A stretch of DNA of 64,000 nucleotides from Chiloscyllium plagiosum (taxonomy: Eukaryota): positions 11,635,510 through 11,699,509 of the forward strand of contig NC_057720.1 of NCBI RefSeq assembly GCF_004010195.1. The letters run 5' to 3'. A program made the position numbers and the translations under genes. The notes below the pieces were generated by a model. It searched no databases and had not been told where the DNA came from. It saw only the letters and a list, made by a program, of their open reading frames with translations. Positions 1 through 12,975 of this stretch are shown piece after piece (within the stretch, counting starts at the first letter, position 1; the number at the start of each line of letters is the position of its first letter).

Positions 1-1280
1 CAGCAACACTCCCTAGGACCTTATCATTAAGTGTATAAGTCCTGCTAAGATTTGCTTTCGCAAAATGCAGCACCTCACATTTATCTAAATTTAACTCCAT
101 CTGCCACTTCTCAGCCCATTGACCCATCTGATCAAGATCCTGTTGTAATCTGAGGTAACTTTCTACACTGTCCATTACACCTCCAATTTTGGTAAAATCT
201 GCAAACTTGCTAACTATACCTCTTATGCTCACATCCAAATCATTTATATAAAATGATGAAAAGTAGTGGACCCAGCACCGATCCTTGTGGCACTCCACTG
301 GTCACAGGCCTCCCATCTGATCAAGATCCTGTTGTAATCTGAGGTAACTTTCTACACTGTCCATTACACCTCCAATTTTGGTAAAATCTGCAAACTTGCT
401 AACTATACCTCTTATGCTCACATCCAAATCATTTATATAAAATGATGAAAAGTAGTGGACCCAGCACCGATCCTTGTGGCACTCCACTGGTCACAGGCCT
501 CCAGTCTGAAAAACAACTCTCCACCACTCTTTGTCTTCTACCTTTGAGCCAGTTCTGTTACCAAATGGCTAGTTCTCCCTGTATTCCATGAGATCTAACC
601 ATGCTCACAAGTCTCCCATGGGGAACCTAGTCAAACACCTTACTGAAGTCCATATAGATCTACCACTCTGCCCTCATCAATCCTCTTTGTTACTTCTTCA
701 AAAAATTCAATCAAGTTTGTGAGACATGATTTCCCATGCATAAAGCCATGTTGACTATCCCTAATCAGCCCTTGCCTTTCCAAATTACATGTACTTCTTG
801 TCCCCCAGGATTCCCTCCAACAACTTGCGCACCGACATCAGGCTCACTGGTCTATAGTTCCCTGGCTTGTGCTCACCAACTTTTTTAAACACTGGCACCA
901 CATTAGCCAACCTCCAGTCTTCCAGCACCTCATCTGTGACTATCGATGACACAAATATCTCAGGAAGTGGCCCAGCAATCACTTCCCTAGCTTTCCACAG
1001 AGTTCAAGGGTACACCTGATCAGGTCTGTGATTTATCCACCTTTATGCGTTTCAAGACATCCAGCACTTCCTCCTCTGTAATATGGACATTTTTCAAGGT
1101 GTCACTATCTATTTCTCTACATTCTATATTTTCCATATCCTCTTCCACAGTAAACACTGAAGCAAAATACTCATTTAGTATCTGCCCCATCTCCCTACAG
1201 CTCCACACAAAGGCCACCTTGCTGATCTTTGAGGTGCTCTATTCTCTCCCTAGTTACCCTTTTGTCCTTAATGCATTTCT
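1..1280 (-). mobile_element. CR1-type LINE ORF2 (RT) fragment, decayed
   Basis: Minus-strand ORF pieces DWRLANVVPVFKK...PGNYRPVSL and YINDLD...SKFAD. Confidence 0.9.
123..500. repeat. 189-bp direct tandem duplication within CR1
   Basis: 123-311 and 312-500 read as identical. Confidence 0.9.
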
Positions 1281-2514
1281 GCAGCTGTAATACAGTATTT
1301 CTCACTCCGTTCGATTACCTTAATGCACTTTGTATGTAATGGTCTGTGTATACTGCTCACAAACAAAACTTTTCACTCTACTTAGGTACATGTGACAATA
1401 ATAAATCAAATCAAATCAATTCAGACCAAATCTAATGGGCAACTAAATGCTGGCTGTGTCCTTGAGGTCCACAACTCATGAATAAGTAGAAAAATATATT
1501 GGATAGAAGTAAAATATAGTGGACCCTGGAAATCTAGATTTAAACAGAAAGTGCCAGAGAAACTCAGCAAGTCTGGCATTATCTGTAGAGAGGGAAGCAG
1601 AGTTAATGTTTTGATATGATTCTTTCAGAAAATAACTCGGGGCGAATGTAAGACTAAACATGGAAGAATGCAGTGATCAGAGGGCTATAGCGCTGGAGGA
1701 CGTTACAGAATATAGAGAGGGCAGAGGCCTTGGAGAGATAGGAACAGAATGTAGGTCATCACTGCTTCGTTCTTTCCCCTTTGATCAACCAGTGCAGTGA
1801 AACTAATTACATACACTAAATGCTCGAGTCAAGACATGTCAGGATCCAACTCCGTCCCATAGTGTATCTTATTTTAAATGCAATCTGACCACAACTGTAA
1901 ATATTAATTAACATACTTCTCTCAGCCCACCGAGCTTGAGCTTCATGTTTCTGAATTAATTAGTGGTCCAACTTCTACAATACAAAGCATCGTCACTTCG
2001 TTTCACAGCTCCTTTAGTCTCCTCGCCTCTTCAAAATGCTTTATGCCAAACAGTGGGAGGACAATCCTCTCCTGTGGCTTGTTAGTTCAAGCACAATATA
2101 TATCTGACTAGAGATATATCTCAACTGAATTATACATGCACTCTATATTAAAAGATCCCAAGGCACTATTTCAGAAAAAGTGTGAGTTCTGCCCAAATCC
2201 TGGCCATCATTTATTACTCGGCCAACATTACCAGAAAAAGATTATGAGGTGATTTATCGCAATGGTGCTTGTAGGACCTTGCTGTGTACAAAACTGGTCA
2301 CTGCTTCTGCCGGTATAATGAGTTCAAAAAGTAATTCAATCACTGTGAACCACTGGAGGCATCTTGAATGCTCGAGAAGGGTTAACCATGTGGATTCTTG
2401 CAGGTAAACTACTCAAATCATTAGGTGTCGCAACATTGAAATCACAATTTTATCAAGTAAACAATTACTGAACATGAATCCAAGGGAACCAGTATTAACA
2501 AAAAAACCTTAAGA

Positions 2515-3235
2515 GTGGGATATGGGCATCGCTGGCTGGGCCAGCATTTATTGCTCGTCCCTAGTTGCCCTTGAGAAGACGATGAGCTGCCTTCTTGAAC
2601 CGCTGCAATTCATGTGCTGTAGGTTGACCCACAATGCCATTAGGAAGAGAATTCCAGGATTCTGAGTCAGCAATACTGAAGGAACACCGATATATTTCCC
2701 AGTCAGGACAGTGGGTGACTTGGTGAGGAACTTGCAGGTGGTGGCATTCCCATGTATCTGCAGCTCGTCTTTCTAGATGGAAGTGGTCACACATTCGGAA
2801 GGTGCCGTCTCAGGATTCTTTAGTGAATTTCTGCAGTGGCATCTTGTAGATAGTACACACTGCCACTACTGAGCATCAGCAATGGAATGACTGATTGCTT
2901 GCGCAAGTAATGCCAATCAAGCAGACTGCTTTACCCTGGATAGCTTCTTGAGTGTTTTTGGAGCTGCATTCATCCAGGTAAGTGAGTATTCCAGCACACT
3001 TCTGACTTGTGCTTTGTAGATTTTGGACATGCCTTGGGGATTCAAGAGGGGAGCTCGTTGCCGCTAGATTTCTAGGCTCTGACCTGCTGTTGCAGCCACT
3101 ATATTTATATGGTGAGTCCACTTGAGTTTCTGGTCAATGGTATCCCTGGATGTTGATAGCAGGAGATTCAATGATGGTTGCACCAATGAATGACAAGGGG
3201 CGGTAGATAGATTCTCTCTGATTGGAGATGGTCAC
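2515..3235 (-). mobile_element. Second CR1-like LINE family, 3' portion
   Basis: Minus strand SWNSLPNGIVG...LQRFKKAAHRLLKGN followed by the tail gggcaactagggacgagcaataaatgctggcc. Other copies at about 11390-12450, 38130-39505 (+), 49820-50180 and 60515-60700. Confidence 0.75.
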
Positions 3236-3818
3236 TCAGTTACAGGACAATATAAACGCAAGATTATTGTTGCTTTCTGGGTAAAGGTATAATTCTTTTG
3301 TGCATTTAAGAGCTGTATAGTCAAAAATAATTAACCAATTTTTAAATACAGATTTTCATGGAGCTCCCAGCAGACAAAAGCTGCCAGCACAACAAATAAT
3401 AAGTGCTATGGAGGAGGAAAACTGAGAACATTATTCAAATTAATCCAAGGAAACATAACTAAATAGAGCAGTGTTAGTTATCAAGAGAGATTTATTTTAC
3501 TCAAACAGTGGGAAACATTTGGAACAGTTTACCAGAGGTGAGTAATTGAGGTGAAATAATTAGAGATATTCAAGACAGTTGGATGCTGTGAGTTAGCAGC
3601 GTAATACCAGGTTGTGTAAGCCTCCTATAGCATTAACCAGCTGCAACTGAGTCACAGTCCTTTGTGCTAGAATTTCCCAAGGTTTAGCTATAACTGTACA
3701 AGGCACCCATCAGTCCACAGCTGGAAGTGTGAACAGTTTTGGGACCCTTATCTAGAGGGAAGATGTACTGACATCGGAGGCTGTCCTGAGAAGGTTCATT
3801 ATTAGATTAGATTAGATT

Positions 3819-3851
3819 AGATTAGATTAGATTAGATTACATATTAGATTA
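3819..3851. repeat. (ATTAG)n microsatellite
   Basis: Direct reading. Confidence 0.9.
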
Positions 3852-4119
3852 TGCTGAAAGTTGATACGGACTTATGAGGAGGTCTGATATAATGCAGAAG
3901 AGGTCCTTTGGACCATTAAATCTGTACTGCCAAAATAGATTACTACCCACACTAGTCCTACTTTCCCATGCTAGGCCCACAGCCTTGCATGTTAGTGTTC
4001 CTACAAGTTTTTTTAAAAGGTTGTGAGGTTCCCCACCCTCCCAGTTCCTAGCACACTCTGGGTGAATACATTCTTCCTCAAATCCCCTCTGAACCTCCTG
4101 CCTTTCACTTTAAAATTAT

Positions 4120-4540
4120 TACCCCTATATTGAGTAGCTTGGGACTGAACTCATTGGAATAAAGAAGAATGAGAGATGCCACATTGAAACAAATAATATT
4201 CTTAAAGGACTGGACAGGGTAAATGCGGACCAGAGGACGTCATTTCAGAATAAAGAGTCAGCCACCTATGACAAAGATGAGGAGGAATTTCTTCTCTCAG
4301 TATTGTAAATCTGTGGAATTCTTTACCACAGAGGGCTGTTGAAGTGAGTCATTAAGTATAGTCAAGGCTGAGACAGACAGATTTTAATCAGTGAGGGAGA
4401 TCACTTGTTATAGGGAAAAGGGATCAAAAGTGCAGCTAACAGTTATTAGATGAGCCATGATCGTCGTCACTGATTGGTGAAACAGATTCGGCAGATGGGC
4501 TGAATGGCCTAATTCTGCTCCTGTCTTTTGGTCTTATGCA
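4120..4540 (+). mobile_element. Old CR1-like LINE 3' end
   Basis: gatgaggaggaatttcttctctcag...aatctgtggaattctttacc; related to 57545-57990. Confidence 0.65.
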
Positions 4541-4899
4541 CCGACATGGGTGTCACACAAGGAGCTAGGATTCACTGCTCTTTCTCTCCACCCTTATCCC
4601 ATCCCTCCAACCCCAAAAACCCAACCAGCACTGAGGAACTGCCAGTTGAGGGAGATGACAACAAATGTGGGATGTAATGATTCAACGTTTTCCAAGAGAA
4701 AATTTTGACACTCTCAGGGCATGTCTAGTTCATGATTCGTTAATCAAGCTAGTCCAGAAGAAAGGAGACATAAATGCCACACTTTTAATAGAATCCCTAA
4801 AATGTGGAAACAAGCTATTTGGCCCAACAAGTTCACACCGACCCCTCCGAAGATTAACCCACCCAGACATATTCCCCTACATTCCCCCCTGACTAATGC

Positions 4900-4988
4900 T
4901 GAAAATGTGTTGCTGGAACAGCGCAGCAGGTCAGGCAGCATCCAGGGAACAGGAGAATCGACGTTTCGGGCATAAGCCCTTCTTCAGG
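4900..4988 (-). mobile_element. Penelope-like terminal fragment (family 1) inserted in an HE1 SINE
   Basis: Same repeat as 39009-39277; flanked by duplicated gactaatgc (4891-4899 and 4988-4996). Confidence 0.75.
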
Positions 4989-4991
4989 ACT
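4956..4991 (-). ncRNA. Minimal type I hammerhead ribozyme motif (PLE-associated), intact core
   Basis: Minus strand reads AGUC-CUGAAGA-A-GGGC(UUAU)GCCC-GAAA-CGUC-GAUU. It has the CUGANGA and GAAA boxes, a 4-bp stem II, a palindromic ACGU stem III, a GUC cleavage triplet, and stem I AGUC/GAUU. Confidence 0.7.
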
Positions 4992-5439
4992 AATGCACCT
5001 AACCTACATATCCCTGAACACTATGGGCAATTTAGCATGGCCAATTTACCTAACCTGCACATCTTTGGCTTGTGGGGAGAAACCAGGGCATCCAGCGGAA
5101 ACCCAGGTAGACAGGGGGAGAACATGCAAACTCCACACAGACAATCACCAGAGGCTGGAATCGAACCCGGGTCCCTGGTGCTGTGAGGCAGCAGTGGGAA
5201 CCATAGGAGCAGTAGGACCTTGGTATCCATAAATATAAATTCTTGAAAGTGGAAGGACAGGTTGATGAGGTAAAGTTGCTAAATATACAAGTTGCTTGGT
5301 TTATAAATAGAGACACAGAAAAGAATTGTAAAGAGACCATAGTAGTACTTAAAAGTTACTCGCAATGTCTCAACTAGAATATCTTGAGTTCCTTACAATC
5401 ATATAATCAGTAAACAAATCAAAGATGACAAGGGTAAAT

Positions 5440-5692
5440 AAAAATCAAAAGAACTGCAGATGCTGCAAATCAGAAACAACAACATAAGTTGCTGGAAAAG
5501 CTCAGCAGATCTGGCAACATCTGCGAAGAGAAATCAAAGTTAACACTGCGGGTCTAGTGACCCTTTCTCAGAACAGCTGAGCTTTTTCCAGCAATTTCTG
5601 AGGAAGGGTCACAGCCCTGGAATGTTAACTTTGATTTGTCTGCACAGATGCTGCCAGACCTGCTGAGCTTTTTCAGCAACTTCTGTTTTTGT
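5440..5692. mobile_element. Fold-back PLE-like element (family 2: ...gctggaaaagctcagcaggtctggcagcatctg...)
   Basis: Inverted arms; degenerate CTGAGGAAGGGTC...GGAATGTT motif; agggtaaa on both flanks. Confidence 0.65.
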
Positions 5693-6874
5693 GATGAGGG
5701 TAAAGACAGCAAAGAGAAGTTCAGCTTTATCAGATTAGTCATGATCTCACTGAGTGGCAGAGCAGATTTGATGGGCCAAATGGCCTACTTCTGCACCTAA
5801 GTCTTATGGCATTAATATCATTGACAATTCTGGACACCACATTTCAGGAAAGATAATAACCACCATGTGTATAAGAAGAGGTTAAGTTCCAAGAATAGAG
5901 GTTAAAGAGAAACTGAATAGAGGTTTTCAATATGATGAGAGATACTGATAAGAGTAAACAAAGGACATTCTTTCTGTTGTCTGGGTCGATAACTAAAAGT
6001 TATCGGATTAGAATCATGGGAAAGAGATCACAAGAGGATCTGGAACATTCTTTCAAAAAGGTGGAGCTGATTCCATAAATGACAGGGACTTGAAGATGAG
6101 AAACATTCCGTGGCAGAGAAAGCAGGAACGGGCAATAAGCACCAACATTCTTTCTAAGAGCTGGCACAATCACAATGGGTCAAATGGCCTCCATCTGTGC
6201 TGTGTGTGTCTCCAAGTTATGATTCTGGAGAGCCGGTATCTTCAATGCTGCTCCTTACAATGGAGGGAAAAAACATCACAAGCCTTCTGTTCCGCACAGG
6301 TGGCTCCAGGGTGCATTTCTAACCGAGATGAAACAAAGCCCGAGGTGACTTCATGCACAATTGAATACTTATAAGTCTTTTCGCCGTTAGTGATATCTAA
6401 CTGCACAGGCCTTTATGCATAATAACTTTTAAAACCAGCCCTGAGCTATGCTAATGATAAATGTGAATGTAATTTGCTGCTAAAATCCAAATGCAATATG
6501 AAACCAAAGTTGTGATCCTAATCTATCATTAAGAAAAAGAAAAGGTATTATTTCATAGTTGACAATTTAATAGTAATTATCTTTTTTTTCTCTCTTGTTA
6601 AGCTACCACTGCCCACGGCAGTGTTAGAAATTGGCAGTTAATTGCAATATAATTAGCTATTTAGACGAAAGCTACATTCTGACATGGTAAACGCCATTCT
6701 TTTTAACCTGCTGACAATTCCAATTGAAAGCTGCATACTTTCAAGAAATAAACGAAGAAGCTGAACTTTGTGACATCTTCTGCAGTCCCAATTGTGCCCT
6801 TAATAGGGATGAAACCCTCATAGTCCTCCGGATTGTAGTGAGGGACAAGGCTTTACATGTATTTGCGGCTGAAC

Positions 6875-7420
6875 TGGACATTGGTTAGGCCTCTTCTGGA
6901 AAACTGCTTTCAATTCTGGCCTCCCTGCTTCAGAAAAGATGTTGTGAAATTTGAAAGCCTTCAGAAAATGATTGGCAAGGACGTTGCAGGGTTGTAAGGT
7001 ATGAGCTATAGTGAGAGGCTGAATAGTCTGGGGCTATTTTCCCTGGAGTGTCTGAGGGGTGACCTTCTTGAGATTTATAAAATCATGAGGGACATGGTCG
7101 GACAAACTCTTTTCCCTGGGGTGGGCGTGTTCACATCTAGAGGGCATAGGTTTAGGGTGGTAGGGGAAAGATTTAAAAGGGACCTAAGGGGCAATGTTTT
7201 CATGCAAAGAGTGGTGCATGTGTGAAATGAGCTGACAGAGGAAGTGGTGGAGGCTGGTACAATTACAACATTTAAAAGGCATCTGGATGGGTGTATGAAT
7301 AGGAAGGGTTTAGAGGGATATGGGCCAATTGCTGGCAAGTGGGACTAAATTAAGATATCATGTCGGCATGGATGAGTTGCACCAAAGGGTCTGTTTCCGT
7401 GCTGTACATCTCTACGATTT
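6875..7420 (+). mobile_element. CR1 LINE 3' end
   Basis: SYSERLNSLGLFSLE...LRGDLLEIYKIMR followed by the standard 3' UTR. Confidence 0.9.
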
Positions 7421-8489
7421 AAGCTAACAAATGGATGTGCCTAGTGTGCATTTCTTTCTGATACATCTCTTGAGCATTCTGGATTTCCTTTGCCTGACTA
7501 TAGCAGACTGTACATTCAGCTGTCTGCAGTGCTAAAAGTTCAGAATTCTCTCCCTATACCTCTAAATCTCTCCTCCTTTAAGTCTTAAAATCTACCTGCA
7601 CTGAATAAGGGCTTATCGGATTGTAATAACACATTAGCATGGATAGCGGACTGGCTTATAGATAGAAAAAATTGGATTAGAAATAAATGGACCATTTTCA
7701 AGTTGCCAGGCTCTAACTAGTTAGATGCTGCAAGGATCAATGCTAGTGCCTCAGATATTTATAAGATATATCAACAATTTATTAGAAGAGGGGTAATGCA
7801 ATCAATTTTGTTGACAATGCAATGATTGGTGGGAAAGTAAATCAAGAGGAGGGCACAAAGAGATCGCAAAGTGATAGAGGCAGGTTAAGTGAGTGAATAA
7901 AAAGGGACAGATGGAGTAAATGTGGGCTTTGGTAAGAACTACAGTCTGTTCTGATATACAGCAACAGTTCCATTTTTGTATGATATTACGTTATAAGAAA
8001 AACGACTGAAGAAGGAACCAGCCAGCTCCTTTATTTCCATTAAAGAAGGGAACCACCTACCACCTACTCAGTCTGACTTCTTTCCCGTTGTCTGCAATCG
8101 GTATTCCAGGCTGTCAAAACTGCCAAATAAATATATTGGGACCAATGAATGCCTGGTTCACCCACACTGAGAATAATGAACAAATTAAAGCTCCAATTTT
8201 GCCCATAAAAGCCAGAGGATCTCTTTCTTGCACTATTTTTGTCCACTTACCTCCTTTATGTCTGAGACCAGAATTCAGGGACTCCAGGTTGGAGGTACTG
8301 ATTTATAAATGGGGCATTAAATCAAAGCCACATTTTCCACTCTGATTAATCTGAAGAGTGGGGCCAATCTTGATCTCTCAATCACCATCACAAATAACTT
8401 TACTTAGTAATGTCTTCCTGCTTTTTTAAAAATGGAATTGTGCGCTGCGCAAATGGACTACAGCACTTTCAGTATCAAGCACACTTTCT

Positions 8490-10705
8490 TAATCAGTATG
8501 TGGATGCACCTACAGAGAAAGCGGAATTCTTGACTTTGTACTGGGAAATAAGGCAGAGCAAGTGACTGAGGTATTAGTGAGGGAGAACTTTGGGGAAAGT
8601 GATCATAATTCTATTAGTTTTAAAATAGTGATGGAAAAAGATAGACCTGATTAAAAAGTTTAACTTCTAAATTAAAATAAGGCCAATTTTGATGGCATTA
8701 AGCAGGAACTTTCAGAAGTTGATTGGGAGAGTCTATTCACAGGTAAAGGGACGGCTGGAAAGTGAGAGGCCTTCAAGAATGAGATAACGAGAGCTCAGAG
8801 ACTGTGTAATAGGCAAGGCTGGTAAAGAACACTGGAGGACAAGAGATATTGAGACTCTGCTCAAGAAAAAGGAGGTATAGTCAGCTGGGATCTAGTGAAT
8901 TCTTAGAAGAGTATAGGGCAGTCATAGTATTTTTAAAAGGGAAGTTAGGAGTGCAATAAAGGGACTTGAGATTGACAAATAGAGTTAAGTTGAATACAAA
9001 GAGATTCTATAAGTACATTAAGGGCAAAAGCATAATTGGGGAGAGAATAGGGCCCCTTAAAGATCAACATCACTATCTTTGTGTGGAACCACAGGAGGTG
9101 GGTGGGAAACCAAAATAATATTTTGTGTCAATATTTACTGTGGAGAAGGACATGGAAGCTAGAGAACTTGGGGAAATAAATAGTGATGTCTTGGAAAGTG
9201 TCCAAATTACAGAAGAGGAGGTGCTGGAGGTCTTTAAAAAAGCAAAAAGGTAGATAAATCTCCGGGACCTGTTCAGGTGTTTCCTAGAACACTGTGGGAA
9301 GCGAGGGAAGAGATTGCTGGGTCCCTTGCTGAGATATTTGTTTCATCAACAGCCAGAAGAATGGAAGTTTGCTAATGTAGTGCCATTATTTGAAATAGTC
9401 TGTAAGAAAAAAACCAGTGAACTATAAACCGGTGAGCCTGACATCAGTGGTGGTGAGTTGTTGGAGGGGATCTGTAGGACAGGATTTACATGCATTTGGA
9501 AAGGCAAAGACTGATTTGGGATAGTCAACATGACTTTGTGTGTGGGCAATCACATCTCAATAATTTGACTAAGTTTTCTGAAGAGGTGACAAAGATGATT
9601 GATGAAAAAGAGGTATTGGCTATATAGACTTCAACAAAGCATTCAGTAAAGTTCTGTACTGTTCAGTAAGGTTAGATTACATATGACTTGGGGGAGCTAG
9701 CCAACTGGATACAAGATTAGCTTGAAGGTAGGAGACAGAGGGTGGTAGTGGAGGGTTGCTTTTCAGACTGGAGGTCTGTGAACAGTGGTGTGCCACAAGA
9801 AACGGTGCTGGGTCCATTGCTTTTCATCATTTATATATATATATAATTTGGACATGAATATAGGAGGAATGGTCAGTAAGTTTGCACATAACATCCAAAT
9901 AGGTGGTGTGGTGGACAGTGAAGATTATAACAGTTTACAATGAGCCCTTGATTAGTTGGGCCAATGGGGCAAGGAGTGGCAGATGGAGTTTAATTTTGAT
10001 AAATGTGAAGTGCTGCATTTTGGTTAGGCAAACCGGGGCAGGAATTGTACAGCTAATGGTAGGGGAGTGTTGTCAAACAGAGACAGCTAGGGGTGCAGGT
10101 GTGTGGTTCCTCGAAATGGAGTCACAGATTGACAAGATGGTGAAAGTGGTTTTTGGCATGATTACCTCAATTGGTCAATGCATTGAGTATAAGAGTTGGA
10201 ATGTCATGTTGCGGCTGTACAGGACATTGGTTAAGCTTCCTACAATTCTGGTCATCCTTCTATGGGAAGGATGTTGTTAAATTTGAGAAGTTGCAGAAAA
10301 GGTTTACAAGGATGTTGCTGGGGTTCGCGGGTTTGAGCTACAGGAGAGGCTGAATAGGCTGTGGCTATTTACTCTGGGGCTTCAGAGGCTGAGGGGTGAC
10401 CTTTTCAAAGTTATGAGGGGCTGGGATAGTGTGAATTCCTAGAATTGGGGTGACCAAAACTAGAGGCAATAGGTTTAAGGTGAGAGGGGAAAAATTTAAA
10501 AGGGACCTGAGGGGTAACCTTTTCACACAAAGGACGGTACATGTATGGAATGAGCTGCCAGAGAAAGTGGTGGAGGCAAGTACAACATTGAAAAGGCATC
10601 TGGGCTAAATTCTGGCAAATGGGACGAGATCAGAATCGGATGTTCAGTTGGCATGGATGAGTTGGACCAAAGGGTCTGTTTCCATGCTGTATGACTCTAT
10701 GACTG
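8490..10705 (+). mobile_element. Long decayed CR1 LINE (5'-truncated ORF2 plus 3' UTR)
   Basis: Continuous similarity to the other CR1 pieces with many stops and frameshifts; ends tgtatgactctatgact. Confidence 0.88.
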
Positions 10706-11565
10706 CATGAAAGAACCTGCATTTCCGTAGCACCTGCAGGACCCCAAGATGCCCCAGAAATCTTCGCAGTTAGTCAGTGAGGTGCCTTTAAAGTGTATTC
10801 ACCGTTATAATGCAGGAAACACAGTAGCCATGGAAAATGTCACACAGTTCCATCAGTTTCCATTATTGATGAATCCACATTAATGCAATGAACTGAAAGT
10901 AAGATTGAAGAAAGCCTTCAGCCCTGAGGTGCCATGGAATGCAATTATATTCAACTGTCAAAACAGTCCCCAAATCTTATTAAATTCATTCACCCCTTCC
11001 AATTTATACAGAGAATTCTCTAAAGGCATAATTTCAAACTGTTACCCAAGCATTACTGAAGGAAAGACTGCCTTCTCTTAATATTAAAAATATTTTTAGC
11101 AGCAGAAGACTGGAGAGGATTAGCTGAATTAGGAACTTGGGGAGAGTCAAATAACTCTTGGGGGTCACCTGATAGCCTTAAAACACAATCTGGATGATCA
11201 AATGCAATCAACTATCAGAGTACCAAAGAATTTATCACGTTTTCCGTGGTTTCCCAAGAACTTGCACCCTTGATGCTCCAAGAATCAGGTATCATCGGGT
11301 GCGACTCTACAGCAAGGAAGGGAAATGTTCTCTCAGTAACTCCACAAGTCTCAGACAGAATGAAGGTGATTTTCATGAAAACATTTGCCGTGGAATGCAA
11401 GCATCGCCGGCTGGTTCATCCCTTGACAAGATGGTGCTGATCACCTTCTTGAACCGCTGCAGTTCCTGCAGTACACCTACAGTGCAGTACACCTACAGTG
11501 CTGTTAGGAAGAGACTTCCAGAACCCAGCAACAGTAAAGGCAGTGGTTTGGCTCAGATTCTGAAT

Positions 11566-11790
11566 GGAAAAGTGTGGCGTTGCAAAAGCACAGCCGGTCA
11601 GGCAGCATCTGAGGAGCAGGACAGTCAATGTTTCGAGCATGGGCTCTTAGGAAGAGGAGCTGATGAAGAACTCATGCTCGAAACATCGACACTCCTGCTC
11701 CTCGGATGCTTCCTGATCTGCTGTGCTTTTCTAGCACCATGCTTTCCAACTCTGATCTCCAGCATCTGCAGTCCTCACTTCCTCCTAGAT
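11566..11790. mobile_element. Fold-back Penelope-like element (family 1), diverged
   Basis: Inverted arms; the right arm begins CTGATGAAGAACTCATGCTCGAAACATC and ends ctgcagtcctcactt. Confidence 0.7.
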
Positions 11791-11964
11791 TCAGCATGGT
11801 GTGGTGCTTGGACAAGAACTTACAGGCAGCAATCCGATTCATCAAATGCCTTCGGCTTCTGGAGGTGGCACAGGGCAGGGTATGGAAGGTGCTGGAATGG
11901 GAGCCTGATTGATTATCTTGCAGATGGTACGCTCTGCTTATCCTTCCGTCTTCAGGTTTTTTGT

Positions 11965-12282
11965 CATTCATTCATTCATGGGACGAGGGCATCGCTGGCT
12001 GAGCTAGCATTTATTGCCCATTCCTAATTACCCAGAGGGCAGTTAAGAATCAAGCACACTGTTGTAGGTCAGGAGTCACACGTCGGCCAGACCAGGTAAG
12101 GATGGCAGTTTCCTTCCCTAGAGGAGATTAATGAACCAAATGGGTTTTTCTGAAAATCAACAGTGGAATCGGTCATCATTAGACTCTTGATTCCAGATTT
12201 TTTTTATGAATTCAAATTTCACCAAAAACATTACCTGAGTTTCTGGATGAATAGTCCAGTGATAATACCACTCGGCCATAGG
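11965..12282 (-). mobile_element. SINE family 2 (shares its 3' tail with the second CR1-like LINE)
   Basis: Repeated at about 19905-20185, 22895-23530 (split), 23685-24010, 28335-28640 (+), 29625-30790 (split), 32810-32895, 45215-45580 and 62520-62810 (+). Confidence 0.75.
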
Positions 12283-12702
12283 AACTATGGGAAACTTGCA
12301 AGTGGTGGCAATCCCATTTATTAACTCCCCTCATCCTTCTAAGTGGGAGAGGTCACAGGTTCGGAAGGTACTGTCAGACAAATTTCTGCAGTGCATCCTT
12401 CACAAACTACACATTGATGCTGCCATGCATCAGTAGGTGAATGGAGTGAGTGTTGAAGCTACTAATAGTTAATAATAGATAATTCTTACTTTGGTAATAC
12501 GTGGAGACTACAACATAATGGTGATGATTGATTTTATGATCATCATTGTTATCCCAAATCTTTTCTCTCCTCGCAGGATTTTTCATCCAGTAAAAAGCAA
12601 GCAGAATCAAAAGCAGAAATTACTGGAAAAAGTCAGCAGGTCTAGCAGCGTTTGTGAACAGAAAGCAGAATTAATGTAAGACCCAAAGCTTAATAACTTG
12701 TT

Positions 12703-12975
12703 TAGAACATAGAACAATACAGCACAGAACAGACCGTTCGGCTCTCGATGTTGCACCGACCTGTGAACTATTATAAGCCCATCCCCCTACACTATCCCAT
12801 CATCACCCATGTGCTTATCCAAGGATTGTTTAAATCTCCCTAATGTGGCTGAGTTAACTACATTAGCAGGTAGGGCATTCCATGCCCTTACCACTCTCTG
12901 AGTAAAGAACCTGCCTCTGACATCACCCTTCAATTTGTAGTAATGCCCCCTTGTACAAGCTGACGTCATCATCCT
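12703..12975 (-). mobile_element. CR1 LINE 3' end
   Basis: Minus ORF ...RGRFFTQRVVRAWNALPANVV... Confidence 0.85.

Larger units (their letters stand above)
4785..5210 (-). mobile_element. HE1-type tRNA-derived SINE, interrupted by a PLE fragment
   Basis: Reverse complement of the SINE at 62119-62431. Confidence 0.85.

Noticed and set aside
11194..12027. 277-aa ORF as a gene
   Set aside because: It runs through a LINE tail, a PLE palindrome and a SINE, so it is a chance chimeric frame.
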